A stretch of DNA of 64,000 nt from Candidatus Parcubacteria bacterium (GCA_043760135.1 JAYUPL010000007.1:64106-128105), one strand, 5' to 3'; positions 40,740-51,439 are shown, numbered from the stretch's first letter. The notes: a model not told the origin generated them from the letters alone. Translations and numbers: made by a program.

Positions 40740-40982
40740 ATGAATGAAGAGTATAAGGCGATTTCAGATCGTCTAGACAATATAGAAGAAGACCTTAGAC
40801 AATCTAATCAAGTGCTACACCGCATTGAAAGAAGATCTCGTTGGGCTTTACTTTTTTCATCTCTAAAATGGTTTATTATTATAGGACTCTCTTTGGGAAC
40901 GTTCTACTATACAAAACCATACTTGGAGCAGTTGATGGAAACATACAGTCAACTTTCAAATATTGGATCATTCATGAGATAG
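40740..40982 (+). CDS. Small coiled-coil plus TM protein
   Basis: 80-aa ORF with leaderless-type promoter. Confidence 0.65.
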   Translation: MNEEYKAISDRLDNIEEDLRQSNQVLHRIERRSRWALLFSSLKWFIIIGLSLGTFYYTKPYLEQLMETYSQLSNIGSFMR

Positions 40983-40990
40983 TATAAAAC

Positions 40991-41066
40991 GCCAAGGTAG
41001 CTCAGTTGGTAGAGCATATCCCTGAAGAGGATGGGGTCGCCGGTTCGAGCCCGGCCCTTGGCACCA
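40991..41066 (+). tRNA. tRNA-Phe(GAA)
   Basis: GCCAAGGTAGCTCAGTTGGTAGAGCA...CTGAAGA...GGTTCGAGCCC...CCA. Confidence 0.95.
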
Positions 41067-41119
41067 AAAATAAAAATTCAGCAAAATTTAACAATTGCTG
41101 AATTTTTATTTTTGGTGTA

Positions 41120-41256
41120 GGGAAGAAATCTGAAAGATTTTTAGGGCGAGAAAAGCTTTGTGATGTTTTCGAAAACTCGTAGAGTTTAAGAAAACCACAA
41201 AGGTCTACTGGTCCTGTAACCTCAAGGGTCATAATATAAGGACCGAGATCCCGGCC
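41120..41256 (+). repeat. Structured tRNA-downstream element, copy 2 (after tRNA-Phe)
   Basis: GGAAGAAA..GAAAAGCTTTG..CAAAGGT..TGGTCCTGTAA..GGACC shared with 4765-4895 (minus strand). Confidence 0.6.
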
Positions 41257-41290
41257 TGTAAAACAAAAAAATTTATGCTAAAATTACTAC

Positions 41291-41659
41291 ATGAAATCAC
41301 AAAAAGCATCAATCATAATCTTATCTTTCTTTGCGGCACTGTACTTAATTTTAGGTGCAGTGCTCATCTTTGGCTCAGAATATGTTATCCCAGGTATTAT
41401 TTATGTAGTAGCAGGTCTTGTTTCTGTATTATCAATCACAGCCATTAAGAAACAAAACAAAGTATTATTATGGATCGGAATAATATTGGGGGCTATTCAA
41501 ATTCTGGATGGATTATCAGCAATTGTAAACATGTTTGCGTATGGGGATACAAATATTATATCTACAATGCTTCATGTGATTATATCAATACTATTTTTCT
41601 TCCCAGTCAGATTGATGTATAAAATGACAAAGTACAAAAAACTACCTAAGAGTCTGTAG
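41291..41659 (+). CDS. Hypothetical 4-TM membrane protein
   Basis: Hydrophobic segments; leaderless promoter. Confidence 0.65.
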   Translation: MKSQKASIIILSFFAALYLILGAVLIFGSEYVIPGIIYVVAGLVSVLSITAIKKQNKVLLWIGIILGAIQILDGLSAIVNMFAYGDTNIISTMLHVIISILFFFPVRLMYKMTKYKKLPKSL

Positions 41660-41730
41660 GCTGTCTCTGCTGAACCTGAAAAGTAAAATAACTTATACTT
41701 TTTCGTATAAGTTATTTTCTTTGAGGGTTC

Positions 41731-42255
41731 CTACATATTCTTCACCTTCAAACTGGCCTTTCTCTCTCTGTCGATTCTCGGAAGTCTCAATGTGAGCATT
41801 CCTTGTGATTCTGTAGCTTCAGCTCTATCAATATCAACTTCATGTGGTAGTTTTACTGTTCTTGAAAATGCTCCCCAATACAGTTCTCTATAATGATAGT
41901 CATCTTCAGCAATAGTTTTCTCATCTTTTCTCTCACCTCTAATGGTTAACATATCTCTTGATAGAGAAATATCAATATCTTCTTTTCGCACTCCTGGAAT
42001 CATAGTTTTAACTATAACCTCAACAGCCGTCTCAAAAAGATCTATGCCAAGTTGTCCTTCAATTGCAATTGGAATGTCCATATCATCCTCATTGTCATCT
42101 GTATCGTCATCTCTATCATCCTCGTCGATGTCTCTTGTGTTTAGACTATTAAAAGATTTTCGGTTTACTTGGCTCATTTTTTCTATAGCCTCATCATCAT
42201 CTTCTTTAAAGCTACCAGTCAATCTTTGTAAAAATGATTTGCGTGTATTGTTCAT
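41731..42255 (-). CDS. Hsp20/alpha-crystallin small heat-shock protein
   Basis: PGVRKEDIDI, LTIRGER, ELYWGAFSRTVKLP, GMLTLRLP. Confidence 0.93.
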   Translation of the reverse strand: MNNTRKSFLQRLTGSFKEDDDEAIEKMSQVNRKSFNSLNTRDIDEDDRDDDTDDNEDDMDIPIAIEGQLGIDLFETAVEVIVKTMIPGVRKEDIDISLSRDMLTIRGERKDEKTIAEDDYHYRELYWGAFSRTVKLPHEVDIDRAEATESQGMLTLRLPRIDRERKASLKVKNM

Positions 42256-42302
42256 ATATCTATTTTAAATGTTTAGAGGCCGATGTGCAAGTGCTTTGGC
42301 TT

Positions 42303-42347
42303 CTTTAGACTTTCTTTATTAGAACTTCATCTCACTATTGTTATTAT
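42303..42347 (+). promoter_or_regulatory. Triple direct-repeat promoter, copy 3
   Basis: CTTTAG-acttt-CTTTAT-tagaa-CTTCAT-11nt-TATTAT-6nt-ATG. Confidence 0.72.
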
Positions 42348-42353
42348 TTTTTG

Positions 42354-42911
42354 ATGACCAAAATCATATACATCGATGAATCAGGAATAAGCTCTAAGAT
42401 GGGGCATAGTGTACACGTGTCTTTATATATTGAGTTTAACAACCGTTTAGATTTATCAAACGAAATTACAAAGATAGAAAAACAACTTAAAATATCATAT
42501 ACACAATGGACCGAAATGCCCTGGAAGTTAAGATTAAAATTTGCTGAAAAGATAAAAGACTTAGACTTTGAGGTAAAAGCACTTGTTTACAGTAATCCTA
42601 TTTTACCGGAAGCAGGTTTAAGGATATCGTTGTTTGAGTTTGCTAAAGATAGTGGTATAGCAAGTATTTTTATTGATGGAAAAAAGAATAAGGGTTATGA
42701 GAAAGAATTAAAGGCCTTATTACGAAATAGGGGGATAAAAGTGTATGATCTAAGAATAATTGATGATAAAAAGGAGTCGTTAATACGAATTGCAGACTTT
42801 ATGGCTGGATTAATAAGGTCTTATACAGATTTTTCAAATAAGTACAGTATATTCATCTTTAATCTGTTAAAAGACAAAATTGAAATAGATAAAGCAAAAA
42901 TGCCCGATTAA
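42354..42911 (+). CDS. DUF3800-family protein (RNase H-like fold)
   Basis: N-terminal YIDESG, central IFIDG, C-terminal LIRIADFMAG. Confidence 0.8.
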   Translation: MTKIIYIDESGISSKMGHSVHVSLYIEFNNRLDLSNEITKIEKQLKISYTQWTEMPWKLRLKFAEKIKDLDFEVKALVYSNPILPEAGLRISLFEFAKDSGIASIFIDGKKNKGYEKELKALLRNRGIKVYDLRIIDDKKESLIRIADFMAGLIRSYTDFSNKYSIFIFNLLKDKIEIDKAKMPD

Positions 42912-43008
42912 GGGCATTTTCACTCCATGCGACAGGGCGCCGGCGCAGAGGATAAGGACTTTTACATCCACGGTCTAACGGACCTTTTTCGCCTCCTGCC
43001 TGTTACTC
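42897..43008 (-). ncRNA. Putative DUF3800-associated structured RNA, convergent
   Basis: TTGACA(43041-36)-16-TAAAAT(43019-14); GC-rich nested stems ACAGG/CCUGU, GGCG/CGCC, GGUC/GACC, GGAU/AUCC; terminator 42897-42920 overlaps the stop. Confidence 0.7.
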
Positions 43009-43042
43009 TTACTATTTTATCAAATCTGTAAAACCTGTCAAG

Positions 43043-43783
43043 CTAGATCCTACATTTTATTTGTTTAAGATTTTCAAGGCTTAAAATTATAAAAATAATT
43101 ACAATCCAAGTTGCTAAAAATACGAATATTATTGAATTTACAGATGTCAGTAAGAATATATTAAAGAACCAGTGAGCTAAAGTTGCTACGAGTAACCCCA
43201 GCCAGATATATATTTCACGAACAAGTGGTCGTTTACAAAATGAATAGCCGATACACAGTGCTAATAATCCACTTGAGGCAACGTGCAATAGATTTGCTCC
43301 AATAAATCTAATGTTAGAATTTATTATTAAATCTATTGTCTGTCCTGCCAATAGAGGGTTTATCAAATAAAATATGTTTTCCATAGCTGCAAATCCAATA
43401 GCTGCTGTCATTAGGTATAAAAAGGCATCTATTGGCTCATTAAAGAGCTTTGTTCTAAAGAAAATAACATAGGCACAAGCGAATTTTACAAATTCTTCAA
43501 TAATAACAAAGATTAAATTAACAGTTTTGTAGTTTGTAATATCTATTGTATACCAATTAAAATACCAATTAAACACGTGTTGAAAAAATAGGGAGACAAA
43601 AGCCCCCGCCATACCGAGTAGAAAAGTAATCAGGATGATTTTTCGAGGCTCCTTGTGTTTATTATCTTCATGCATCCAGAACCAGAGCCATATAAGAGAA
43701 GGAATAAGACCTCCAATAAGCGCGTAAAAGAAAACCGTTAAACTGCTGTGGAGTACAGATGCCATTTCATTATATAAGACCAT
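43043..43783 (-). CDS. PrsW-family intramembrane protease
   Basis: EEFVKF, GFAAMEN, LHV, LAHWFFN. Confidence 0.9.
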   Translation of the reverse strand: MVLYNEMASVLHSSLTVFFYALIGGLIPSLIWLWFWMHEDNKHKEPRKIILITFLLGMAGAFVSLFFQHVFNWYFNWYTIDITNYKTVNLIFVIIEEFVKFACAYVIFFRTKLFNEPIDAFLYLMTAAIGFAAMENIFYLINPLLAGQTIDLIINSNIRFIGANLLHVASSGLLALCIGYSFCKRPLVREIYIWLGLLVATLAHWFFNIFLLTSVNSIIFVFLATWIVIIFIILSLENLKQIKCRI

Positions 43784-43791
43784 GGAAGTTA

Positions 43792-45027
43792 TTATACAGT
43801 ATCCAAAGACCAATCTCCATCAGGCTTAAGTTCTACAAACTCTTTATCTGTTGGGTATATAATTTGCACATATTCATTTTTCAACCCAATAATCGCAGCC
43901 AAAGCAATCATGACTGCATTGTCGGTCGCTAAAGATTTTTCAGGTTTAAGAAAATTAACAGAGTTTATTGTGCACCATGTTTGTATGTTTTCTTTTAAAA
44001 ACTCATTGGCTATAACACCACCTGCAACAATTAGGTTTTTATATTTTTGACGATGAACCTTGTGGGCAAAACTTAACTTGCTAATTAAAACCTCGGAAAC
44101 TGAATTTTCAAATTCATGACAGATAAGATCAATTGTTTCTTCAGGTAATTTTTCTATATTTTCTTTTTTCTTTAAATCACGCACCATATACAGTACAGCT
44201 GTTTTGAGTCCAGAAAAAGATAAATCTAAATCCTTACTGTGGATCATAGGGCGAGGAAGTTTGATGTTGTGTATCCTTTTGAGTGCTTGTATATGGCTTT
44301 CATTGTATAAATCTCTCAATTTTTGAGCTTTTCCTGCTACCAGTGGTCCACCCGGGTACGAAAGATCAAGTATTCGGGCTACCTTGTCGTACGCTTCACC
44401 AACAGCATCGTCGCGAGTTTTGCCAATGATACTGTATTTTCCCCAATTTTCCACATCAACCAACTCGGTATGTCCGCCTGAGATAAGGAGAGCAAGGGTT
44501 GGAAATTCTATGTGACCTGAGTCTATTAAGATAGAAGAAATGTGTCCTTCCATGTGGTTTATTGGAAGCATAGGCTTTTGCCATAGTTGGGATAAAAACT
44601 TTACAAAACTCAAACCGACCCAAAGGGCTGGTTCAAGCCCAGGACCTCTTGTTACTGCAATATAATCTATATTTGGAATTTTATGCAGTGGGGAATTCGT
44701 ATTTTCTAGCTCGATTCTTAATTTTTCCGTTAGTTCTTTTTCACGATTTATTAAGTCAAAGTCTATATTTTCTTTATTAATATTTGATTCGTCACCCTGT
44801 ATAATTTTATCTAGACAAGATGTCAAGAGTTCTGTCAAGTTATTACCGTGCTCACGTTTGGCTAGCATAGGGAACACACCACCAAATTCTTTGTGGATTT
44901 CTATTTGACTATTAAGAGAATCAGCTAAAACAGTATATTTATTTGTATCTTTGTTGTATTCAACGATAGAAATACCTGTCTCGTCACAGCTTGTTTCTAT
45001 GCTTAGGATTCTAGTTGTACTATTCAT
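43792..45027 (-). CDS. tsaD: t6A tRNA threonylcarbamoyltransferase
   Basis: IETSCDET, NHMEGH, SGGHT, DDAVGEAYDK, TDNAVMIA. Confidence 0.97.
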   Translation of the reverse strand: MNSTTRILSIETSCDETGISIVEYNKDTNKYTVLADSLNSQIEIHKEFGGVFPMLAKREHGNNLTELLTSCLDKIIQGDESNINKENIDFDLINREKELTEKLRIELENTNSPLHKIPNIDYIAVTRGPGLEPALWVGLSFVKFLSQLWQKPMLPINHMEGHISSILIDSGHIEFPTLALLISGGHTELVDVENWGKYSIIGKTRDDAVGEAYDKVARILDLSYPGGPLVAGKAQKLRDLYNESHIQALKRIHNIKLPRPMIHSKDLDLSFSGLKTAVLYMVRDLKKKENIEKLPEETIDLICHEFENSVSEVLISKLSFAHKVHRQKYKNLIVAGGVIANEFLKENIQTWCTINSVNFLKPEKSLATDNAVMIALAAIIGLKNEYVQIIYPTDKEFVELKPDGDWSLDTV

Positions 45028-45095
45028 ATTATGTAACGCTATAATCTCATATTATTATGGAAAGATAAAGCCGAATATGTTACAATTCTCCTCAT

Positions 45096-47585
45096 ATGCC
45101 AAAGTCGCGAATAAACCAAAATGACAACGAAAATACAGAGGAAGTTGAAATTATACCCCATCAGAACGTGATCCAGAGAAATATAGTAGACGAAATGGAG
45201 GAGTCATATATCGATTATGCCATGAGTGTTATTACCGACCGTGCTCTACCCGATATTCGCGACGGTCTAAAACCTGTACAAAGACGTATTTTGTTTGCTA
45301 TGAGTAGGTTAGGTCTTTTACCAACTGCTAAATTTCAAAAGTCAGCCAAAGTGGTCGGAGAAACTATGGGTAACTACCACCCTCACGGTGATGCTGCCAT
45401 CTATCAAACTATGGTGAATATGGTGCAAGATTTTAACATGAGATATCCTTTGATCTGGGGACAAGGAAACTTTGGTAACGTTGATGGATATCCTGCAGCG
45501 GCTTCTCGTTATACTGAAAGTAAATTAAATAAAATCACTCTAAACATTTTAGCCGATCTTGATAAAGACACAGTGGATTTTCGTCCAAACTATGACGGAA
45601 CAAGAAAAGAACCTTCTGTATTACCAACACAGATTCCAAACTTCCTATTAAATGGTACTTTAGGTATTGCTGTGGGTATGGCCACAAACATTCCTCCTCA
45701 CAACCTAAATGAAGTGATGGATGCAGTGAACCATCTTGTTGATAATCCTGACGCAACCGTTCTTGATTTGATGCAATTTATCAAAGGACCAGATTTTCCT
45801 ACAGGCGCCATTGCATTTAACCAAAAAGATATAGAACATGCATGTACCCATGGTCGTGGTGGTGTTGTTGTGCGTGGTGAAGCTGAAATAGTTGAGGAAA
45901 AAGCTGGACAATCAAAGATTGTGATCAACTCTATTCCTTATAGAGTAAATAAATCATCGCTTATAGAGGCTATAGCCGACCTTGTGCGTGATAAAAAGCT
46001 TGAGGGTATCAAAGATATCAGAGATGAGTCTACAAGTGATATACGTATCGTTATAGAGCTTAAGAACGGAATGTACCCACAAAACATCCTAAACTATTTG
46101 TATAAACATACTCAATTGGAATCAACATTTCACTATAACTTAGTTGCATTAGTTGATGGTGTGCCTCAAACTTTGTCTATTAAGTCAGCTCTTGAAAATT
46201 TTGTTGGACATAGAAAAACAGTTATCAGACGTAGAACTGAGTTTGATCTTAGAAAAGCTGAAGATCGCGAGCATATCTTGCTTGGATTGAAAAAAGCTCT
46301 GGACCATATCGATGAAATCATTGCTATTATCAAGAAAAGTAAAGATACACCAGCTGCTCATATTGCCTTGATGAAAGAGTTTAAGTTCTCTGATCGTCAA
46401 ACTACAGCTATTTTGGAAATGAAACTGGCTCGTCTTGCGTCTCTCGAAAGAAAGAAAATTGAAGATGAATTAAAAGCACTGCAAGAAATTATCAAAGACT
46501 TGAAAGATATTCTAAAGAATACTTCAAGAATCTTGACTATTATTAAAGATGAATCAAATGCGATCAAAGAAAAATTTGGTGATGAAAGACGAACTCGTAT
46601 TGTAAAAGGTGGTGTAGCCAACGTTGGTGTAGAAGATGTGATTCCAGATCAAGAGTCTGTGCTTGTATTAACTGCCGGCGGATACATCAAACGTACAAAT
46701 CCAGATGAATACAAAAAACAACGAAGAGGAGGTGTGGGTGTTGTTGATGTTGATGTAAAGGAGGAGGATTTCATAACTCATCTTGTATCAGCTACGATGC
46801 ATAACGAGCTATTATTCTTCACTGATAAAGGTAAAGCATATCAAATCAAAATGTATGATATTCCAGAAGGAAAACGTGCAACTCGTGGTAAATCAATCAT
46901 GAACTTCTTATCTCTAGCACAAGATGAAAAAGTTACATCAATTCTTCCAATGCCAAAAGAAGTTAAAAAAGTTGATGATATATCTTTGATGTTGATCACT
47001 AAACTTGGTACAGGAAAGCGTGTAAACTTGTCTTCTTTCCGTGATGTAAGACGAAGTGGGATTATTGCTATCTCACTTGATGACAGTGATAGTTTGATTT
47101 CAGCTTCTTTTGTAAATGAAAAAGATTCTATGATTTTAGTTGCAACTGATGCACAATCAATCAGATTCTCTATCAATGAAATACGTGAAATGGGTAGATC
47201 GGCCGGTGGTGTTCGTGCAATGAAGCTCGATAAAAATGTTTCTATTATTGGTGCTATTCCGGTTAAATTTGGTTCTAAAGATGATGCTGAACTCTTAACC
47301 GTTTCTGCAAATGGATATGGTAAAAAAACCTCACTTTCAGAATACAAGATCCAAGGACGTGGTGGATCAGGAATAAAAACTTTTAAAGTTACAAGTAAAA
47401 CCGGAGACCTTATTGCTTCACAAGTTGTAACTCCAGAGCTCGATGAGATTGTTGCAATCAGTAAAAAGAGTCAGGTGATTAGATGTGAATTGAAAGAGAT
47501 TCCAAATCTTGGACGCGATACACAAGGCGTAAGAGTTATGAAATTACGTGAAGGGGATAGTCTCGCATCAGTTATAGGGGTATAA
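45096..47585 (+). CDS. gyrA: DNA gyrase subunit A
   Basis: [23 protein letters not shown], GyrA-box QRRGGVG. Confidence 0.98.
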   Translation: MPKSRINQNDNENTEEVEIIPHQNVIQRNIVDEMEESYIDYAMSVITDRALPDIRDGLKPVQRRILFAMSRLGLLPTAKFQKSAKVVGETMGNYHPHGDAAIYQTMVNMVQDFNMRYPLIWGQGNFGNVDGYPAAASRYTESKLNKITLNILADLDKDTVDFRPNYDGTRKEPSVLPTQIPNFLLNGTLGIAVGMATNIPPHNLNEVMDAVNHLVDNPDATVLDLMQFIKGPDFPTGAIAFNQKDIEHACTHGRGGVVVRGEAEIVEEKAGQSKIVINSIPYRVNKSSLIEAIADLVRDKKLEGIKDIRDESTSDIRIVIELKNGMYPQNILNYLYKHTQLESTFHYNLVALVDGVPQTLSIKSALENFVGHRKTVIRRRTEFDLRKAEDREHILLGLKKALDHIDEIIAIIKKSKDTPAAHIALMKEFKFSDRQTTAILEMKLARLASLERKKIEDELKALQEIIKDLKDILKNTSRILTIIKDESNAIKEKFGDERRTRIVKGGVANVGVEDVIPDQESVLVLTAGGYIKRTNPDEYKKQRRGGVGVVDVDVKEEDFITHLVSATMHNELLFFTDKGKAYQIKMYDIPEGKRATRGKSIMNFLSLAQDEKVTSILPMPKEVKKVDDISLMLITKLGTGKRVNLSSFRDVRRSGIIAISLDDSDSLISASFVNEKDSMILVATDAQSIRFSINEIREMGRSAGGVRAMKLDKNVSIIGAIPVKFGSKDDAELLTVSANGYGKKTSLSEYKIQGRGGSGIKTFKVTSKTGDLIASQVVTPELDEIVAISKKSQVIRCELKEIPNLGRDTQGVRVMKLREGDSLASVIGV

Positions 47586-47690
47586 TATTAATACCTCTAC
47601 GCAGAGCTCCGAGGTATTAATATTGTTAACTCCTCGGTTCGGAAATACATATGGTACATATGTATTTCGCTCACTCTACGTCGTTAATAA
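47584..47690. repeat. Structured intergenic repeat family B, copy 1
   Basis: Homologous to the reverse complement of 50965-51073 (TGTTAACTCCTC(G/A)GTTCGGAAAT...ATTTC(G/A)CTCAC...GTCGTTAATAA). Confidence 0.75.
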
Positions 47691-47712
47691 ATAATAAACA
47701 AAACAAAATAAA

Positions 47713-49029
47713 ATGAGCTCATCCAAAGATTTAAATATATTTCAGGTTCTAACAATAATCGTATTTCTTATCGTTGGTATTATAGGTATAGCAATGTTTG
47801 CTACCGGAAAAGCTGGTATAGGTGGATCAAGTTATAAAGCGACTATTTGGGGAGTGTTGCCAAAAGCAAATATTGATGCAGGTTTAGAACCTTTTAGAAT
47901 CAGGGGACAAGATCCAAGTTTTACCTACATAGAATTTCCAGAACAGGGGTTTGAGCAGGCGATATTAAAAGCTATTGCTGAGGGTAATGGACCAGATGCA
48001 ATCATTTTCCCTGACTACATGTATTATGGTCAGATAAATAAGCTACTCACTATTCCAAATTCAACTGTAACTGCTGAGACTTTTGCGAATACGTATTTGG
48101 ATATAGCTCAAAAATTTACTGTTCAAGGCGGTATAAAAGCCTTTCCGATTCTGATTGATCCTTTGGTGATGTATTACAATGTTGATTTATTAAAATCTGA
48201 AGGAATTTTGATACCACCAAAAGATTGGGTTGAATTTGCAAACCTTACAGAAAAAGTGGTGCGTAAACAAGACAACGGTATTATAGATAGAGCATACACT
48301 GCTCTAGGTGAGTATGATAATATTGATCACGCTAAAGATATATTGTTTGCCATGCTTGCTCAAGTTGGTGTAAATCTATCTTTTTATGATGTTGGAATAG
48401 GGTCATATGCATCAGGTTTAGTAAGTCAAGAATCATCAAGTCGTCTATCTCGTGAAGTTATGATTTATTATACAGAATTCGCCAATCCGACAAAAACATC
48501 ATATACCTGGAACAAATCTTTTAAGTCATCAAGAGAAGCATTTTTGGCTGGAGATTTGGCGATTTATTTTGGTCCTGGATCTGAAGTTGAATACATGAGA
48601 ACTCGTAACCCAAATCTAAATTTTGCAATTGCTGCAATACCTCAAGCATATTCAGATAAAAAAGTTACCCAAGCTAAGATATATTCTTTAGGATTCATGG
48701 TTACTTCAAGAGATCCTAACGCAACCTATCAAAATGTGATGAGTTTTTTCAACACGTTTGAGATGAATAAATCACTTTCTGATTCTGTACGTCTTGCTTC
48801 AGCTCGTCGTGATGTATTATTAAAATCAGAATTAGCAAAAACTAATGCTGATGTGGCAGTGATAAATAATTCAGCGATATATGCCGAATCTTGGATCGAT
48901 CCTGATGCCTATGAAAGTGATGATGTGTTTTCTAAGATGATAAATTCAATAGTCACTGGTACTCAAAATATTTCTGATGCGATCAATGATGCTGCTGAAA
49001 GGTTAGATAGATTATATTTAATAAGATAA
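47713..49029 (+). CDS. Extracellular solute-binding-like protein (sugar SBP fold), no ABC permease nearby
   Basis: TM anchor; GNGPD, LVMYYNVDL, AFLAGDLAIYFG. Confidence 0.8.
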   Translation: MSSSKDLNIFQVLTIIVFLIVGIIGIAMFATGKAGIGGSSYKATIWGVLPKANIDAGLEPFRIRGQDPSFTYIEFPEQGFEQAILKAIAEGNGPDAIIFPDYMYYGQINKLLTIPNSTVTAETFANTYLDIAQKFTVQGGIKAFPILIDPLVMYYNVDLLKSEGILIPPKDWVEFANLTEKVVRKQDNGIIDRAYTALGEYDNIDHAKDILFAMLAQVGVNLSFYDVGIGSYASGLVSQESSSRLSREVMIYYTEFANPTKTSYTWNKSFKSSREAFLAGDLAIYFGPGSEVEYMRTRNPNLNFAIAAIPQAYSDKKVTQAKIYSLGFMVTSRDPNATYQNVMSFFNTFEMNKSLSDSVRLASARRDVLLKSELAKTNADVAVINNSAIYAESWIDPDAYESDDVFSKMINSIVTGTQNISDAINDAAERLDRLYLIR

Positions 49030-49046
49030 TATGATAATATAAACCT

Positions 49047-49391
49047 ATGGAATTATTTTCAAAACTAAATGCTTGTATGGGGACAAGTATACAGGCTCGA
49101 CAGAAAGGTGGTTGTGGATGGGCAGAGTTAGGTCCGATTATAAATGAGTTACTATCCAACATTTTACTTCTTGGTATTTTTATTGCAGTGATAATGATAA
49201 TGTATGCTGGTTATATACTAGTTAACGGTCAAGGTTCACCAGACTCTCGTAGTCGTGCTAAAAAAATATTTATAGGAATAGTGATTGGTATGATTTTACT
49301 TGTTGGATCATATTACATAGTTGAATTTGTATTGGATACATTGGGTGTAAGTAATGACTATAGAAACAATTCACTCATTAAAAGAAATTAA
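49047..49391 (+). CDS. VirB2/TrbC-like pilin
   Basis: Two TMs around YAGYILV...AKKIFIGIVIG. Confidence 0.7.
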   Translation: MELFSKLNACMGTSIQARQKGGCGWAELGPIINELLSNILLLGIFIAVIMIMYAGYILVNGQGSPDSRSRAKKIFIGIVIGMILLVGSYYIVEFVLDTLGVSNDYRNNSLIKRN

Positions 49392-49406
49392 TATATAATT
49401 ATACAT

Positions 49407-49874
49407 ATGAAAAACATCAAGAAAATAGTAATCATGGTTATAATATCGGTAGTATCGTTTGGTTCTGTTAGTGTTTCGGCTCTAAGTCCCGACAGGCAGG
49501 CAGAGGTTGATGCTGCGGCTGCAAGAAATAATCCTACTACCAATAATCCATCAAATAATACATCAAACACAAACACCCCTGCTCGTCCACTATTGAATCC
49601 TCCTCTTGGAAATGGAACTGCTGGAGGATCTGATCTAAAAACAATCTTCTTAAATGTGCTCGATGTTACTCAAGTTATTATCATCATGGTTACAACTCTA
49701 TATCTTATATTGGCTGGTTTTATGTTTGTGACGGCAAAAGGAGATCCAGGAAAACTCAAAAAAGCCAGAGATGCATTACTTTGGGGTCTTATCGGTGCTG
49801 CTTTGATATTGTGTGCTGAGGTGTTGGCTTACGGTATAGGTGACACGGTTAAAGAAGTCTTTAAAGGAAAATAA
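49407..49874 (+). CDS. VirB2/TrbC-like pilin
   Basis: Signal peptide; GFMFVTAKGDPGKLKKARDALLWGLIG. Confidence 0.8.
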   Translation: MKNIKKIVIMVIISVVSFGSVSVSALSPDRQAEVDAAAARNNPTTNNPSNNTSNTNTPARPLLNPPLGNGTAGGSDLKTIFLNVLDVTQVIIIMVTTLYLILAGFMFVTAKGDPGKLKKARDALLWGLIGAALILCAEVLAYGIGDTVKEVFKGK

Positions 49875-49904
49875 TTAAAATCATAAACTAATCAAAAAAA
49901 ATAT

Positions 49905-50459
49905 ATGAAAAAATTGGTAATACTAATAATGATGCTGATACTGAGTGTAGGAGTGAGTGCGGATACGACAAATTCAAACGGAGTAGGCGATGATACAAAT
50001 TCGAATGGAGTAGGTGATACAACCAACTCAAATGGTTTAGGAGATGACACTCCAAATGACTATGATCCAAAAGTAGATCCAAATTTCTATAAGGACGGGA
50101 CTCCAAAAAGTACAAGTAAGGCAGGTTTTGATCCATCAAATTTAAATAAAAATCCTTTTTCATCTGGATCTGAAGGGGTTCCAAAGCTTTCTTTGTTAGG
50201 TATAGTGTACTGGCTCGCAGGTTTGATGAATCAGTTGGTCTATTTGATTATTGGAGCATCACTTGTTTGTTTTTTATATGGAATATTTAAACTATCATTT
50301 GTAGATGGACAAAAACCAGAAGCTCGAGAGCAAGCACGAAAATTTATGTTCTGGGGAATCGTTTCTCTGTTTGTAATGATGTCAGTTTGGGGATTGGTTA
50401 ATATACTAAAACTTTCACTCTTCGGTCCTGGAGACTTGATTATACCAAGACTTAAGTAG
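49905..50459 (+). CDS. VirB2/TrbC-like pilin with D(D/T)TNSNG(V/L)G repeats
   Basis: Three 27-bp repeats; ARKFMFWGIVSLFVMMSVWGLVNIL. Confidence 0.75.
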   Translation: MKKLVILIMMLILSVGVSADTTNSNGVGDDTNSNGVGDTTNSNGLGDDTPNDYDPKVDPNFYKDGTPKSTSKAGFDPSNLNKNPFSSGSEGVPKLSLLGIVYWLAGLMNQLVYLIIGASLVCFLYGIFKLSFVDGQKPEAREQARKFMFWGIVSLFVMMSVWGLVNILKLSLFGPGDLIIPRLK

Positions 50460-50513
50460 TATAATATGTGCATCATTATAAATAATAAAAAATATTAAAA
50501 AACACTAAACAAA

Positions 50514-50906
50514 ATGAAAAAAATACTATCATTACTCATCACACTGTCACCAACAGTTTTACTGGCTAACGACGACCAAGCACCTATCGCAAGAACTGTT
50601 GATGGACTGCTTAACTGGCTTATATACATAGCTGGACGAGCACTACCTCTTCTTATTCTAGCTGCTCTTGTACTATTTTTGTTCGGTATAGTAAAAAGAT
50701 TCTTCTGGGCAAAAGATACAGCAGATAAAGGTGAAGCTGGAAGATATATATTGTGGGGTGTGGTTGCTTTGTTTGTTATGGTATCAGTTTGGGGACTTGT
50801 AAACGTTTTAAGAGGTTCATTTAATCTAGATAACAACAACGTGCCTCTCGCACCTGCTGTTCCTGTACAAAATGCTCCATATGCAGCTCCTACAACAAGA
50901 CCATAG
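50514..50906 (+). CDS. VirB2/TrbC-like pilin
   Basis: GRYILWGVVALFVMVSVWGLVNVL. Confidence 0.75.
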   Translation: MKKILSLLITLSPTVLLANDDQAPIARTVDGLLNWLIYIAGRALPLLILAALVLFLFGIVKRFFWAKDTADKGEAGRYILWGVVALFVMVSVWGLVNVLRGSFNLDNNNVPLAPAVPVQNAPYAAPTTRP

Positions 50907-50964
50907 GTCTCTCTAATGTTAGTTATAAAAAGATTTGCGGTTCATAGCCTCAAGTCTTTTTTTG

Positions 50965-51073
50965 TTATTAACGACCGTTGGGTGAGTGAAATGAACGTGT
51001 TAGCACTTTCATTTCCGAACTGAGGAGTTAACATGATTACCACCTGGATGCTTTGCGTCGAGAAGGTAATCAT
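50965..51073. repeat. Structured intergenic repeat family B, copy 2
   Basis: Inverted homolog of 47584-47690 with compensatory stem changes. Confidence 0.75.
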
Positions 51074-51089
51074 TATATAATTGTTCTAT

Positions 51090-51386
51090 ATGCAAAAAGT
51101 CTATTCAATAATATCTAAGATCAATGATATTATTATTAATCCTATTATCCTCCTTTTGTTTTCAGTAGCGCTACTTTATTTTATGTTTGGAGTGTTTGAG
51201 TACATATGGAAATCGAGATCAGATCCAGGAAAAATTAAAGAAGGTAGATCTCATATGGGTTGGGGATTGTTCGGGATGTTTATTATGATTTCAGTTTTTG
51301 GTTTATTTAAAATTTTGCTGAATACTGTACCGGTGAGTGAGAGAACTAAAACAAATGTGAATAGGGTAATGGATCTCGATAAATAA
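51090..51386 (+). CDS. VirB2/TrbC-like pilin
   Basis: GRSHMGWGLFGMFIMISVFG. Confidence 0.72.
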   Translation: MQKVYSIISKINDIIINPIILLLFSVALLYFMFGVFEYIWKSRSDPGKIKEGRSHMGWGLFGMFIMISVFGLFKILLNTVPVSERTKTNVNRVMDLDK

Positions 51387-51439
51387 AAAGAAAGAACGCT
51401 CGCCTGATGAACAGGCGGGCGCTTTTTTGATGGTTGATT

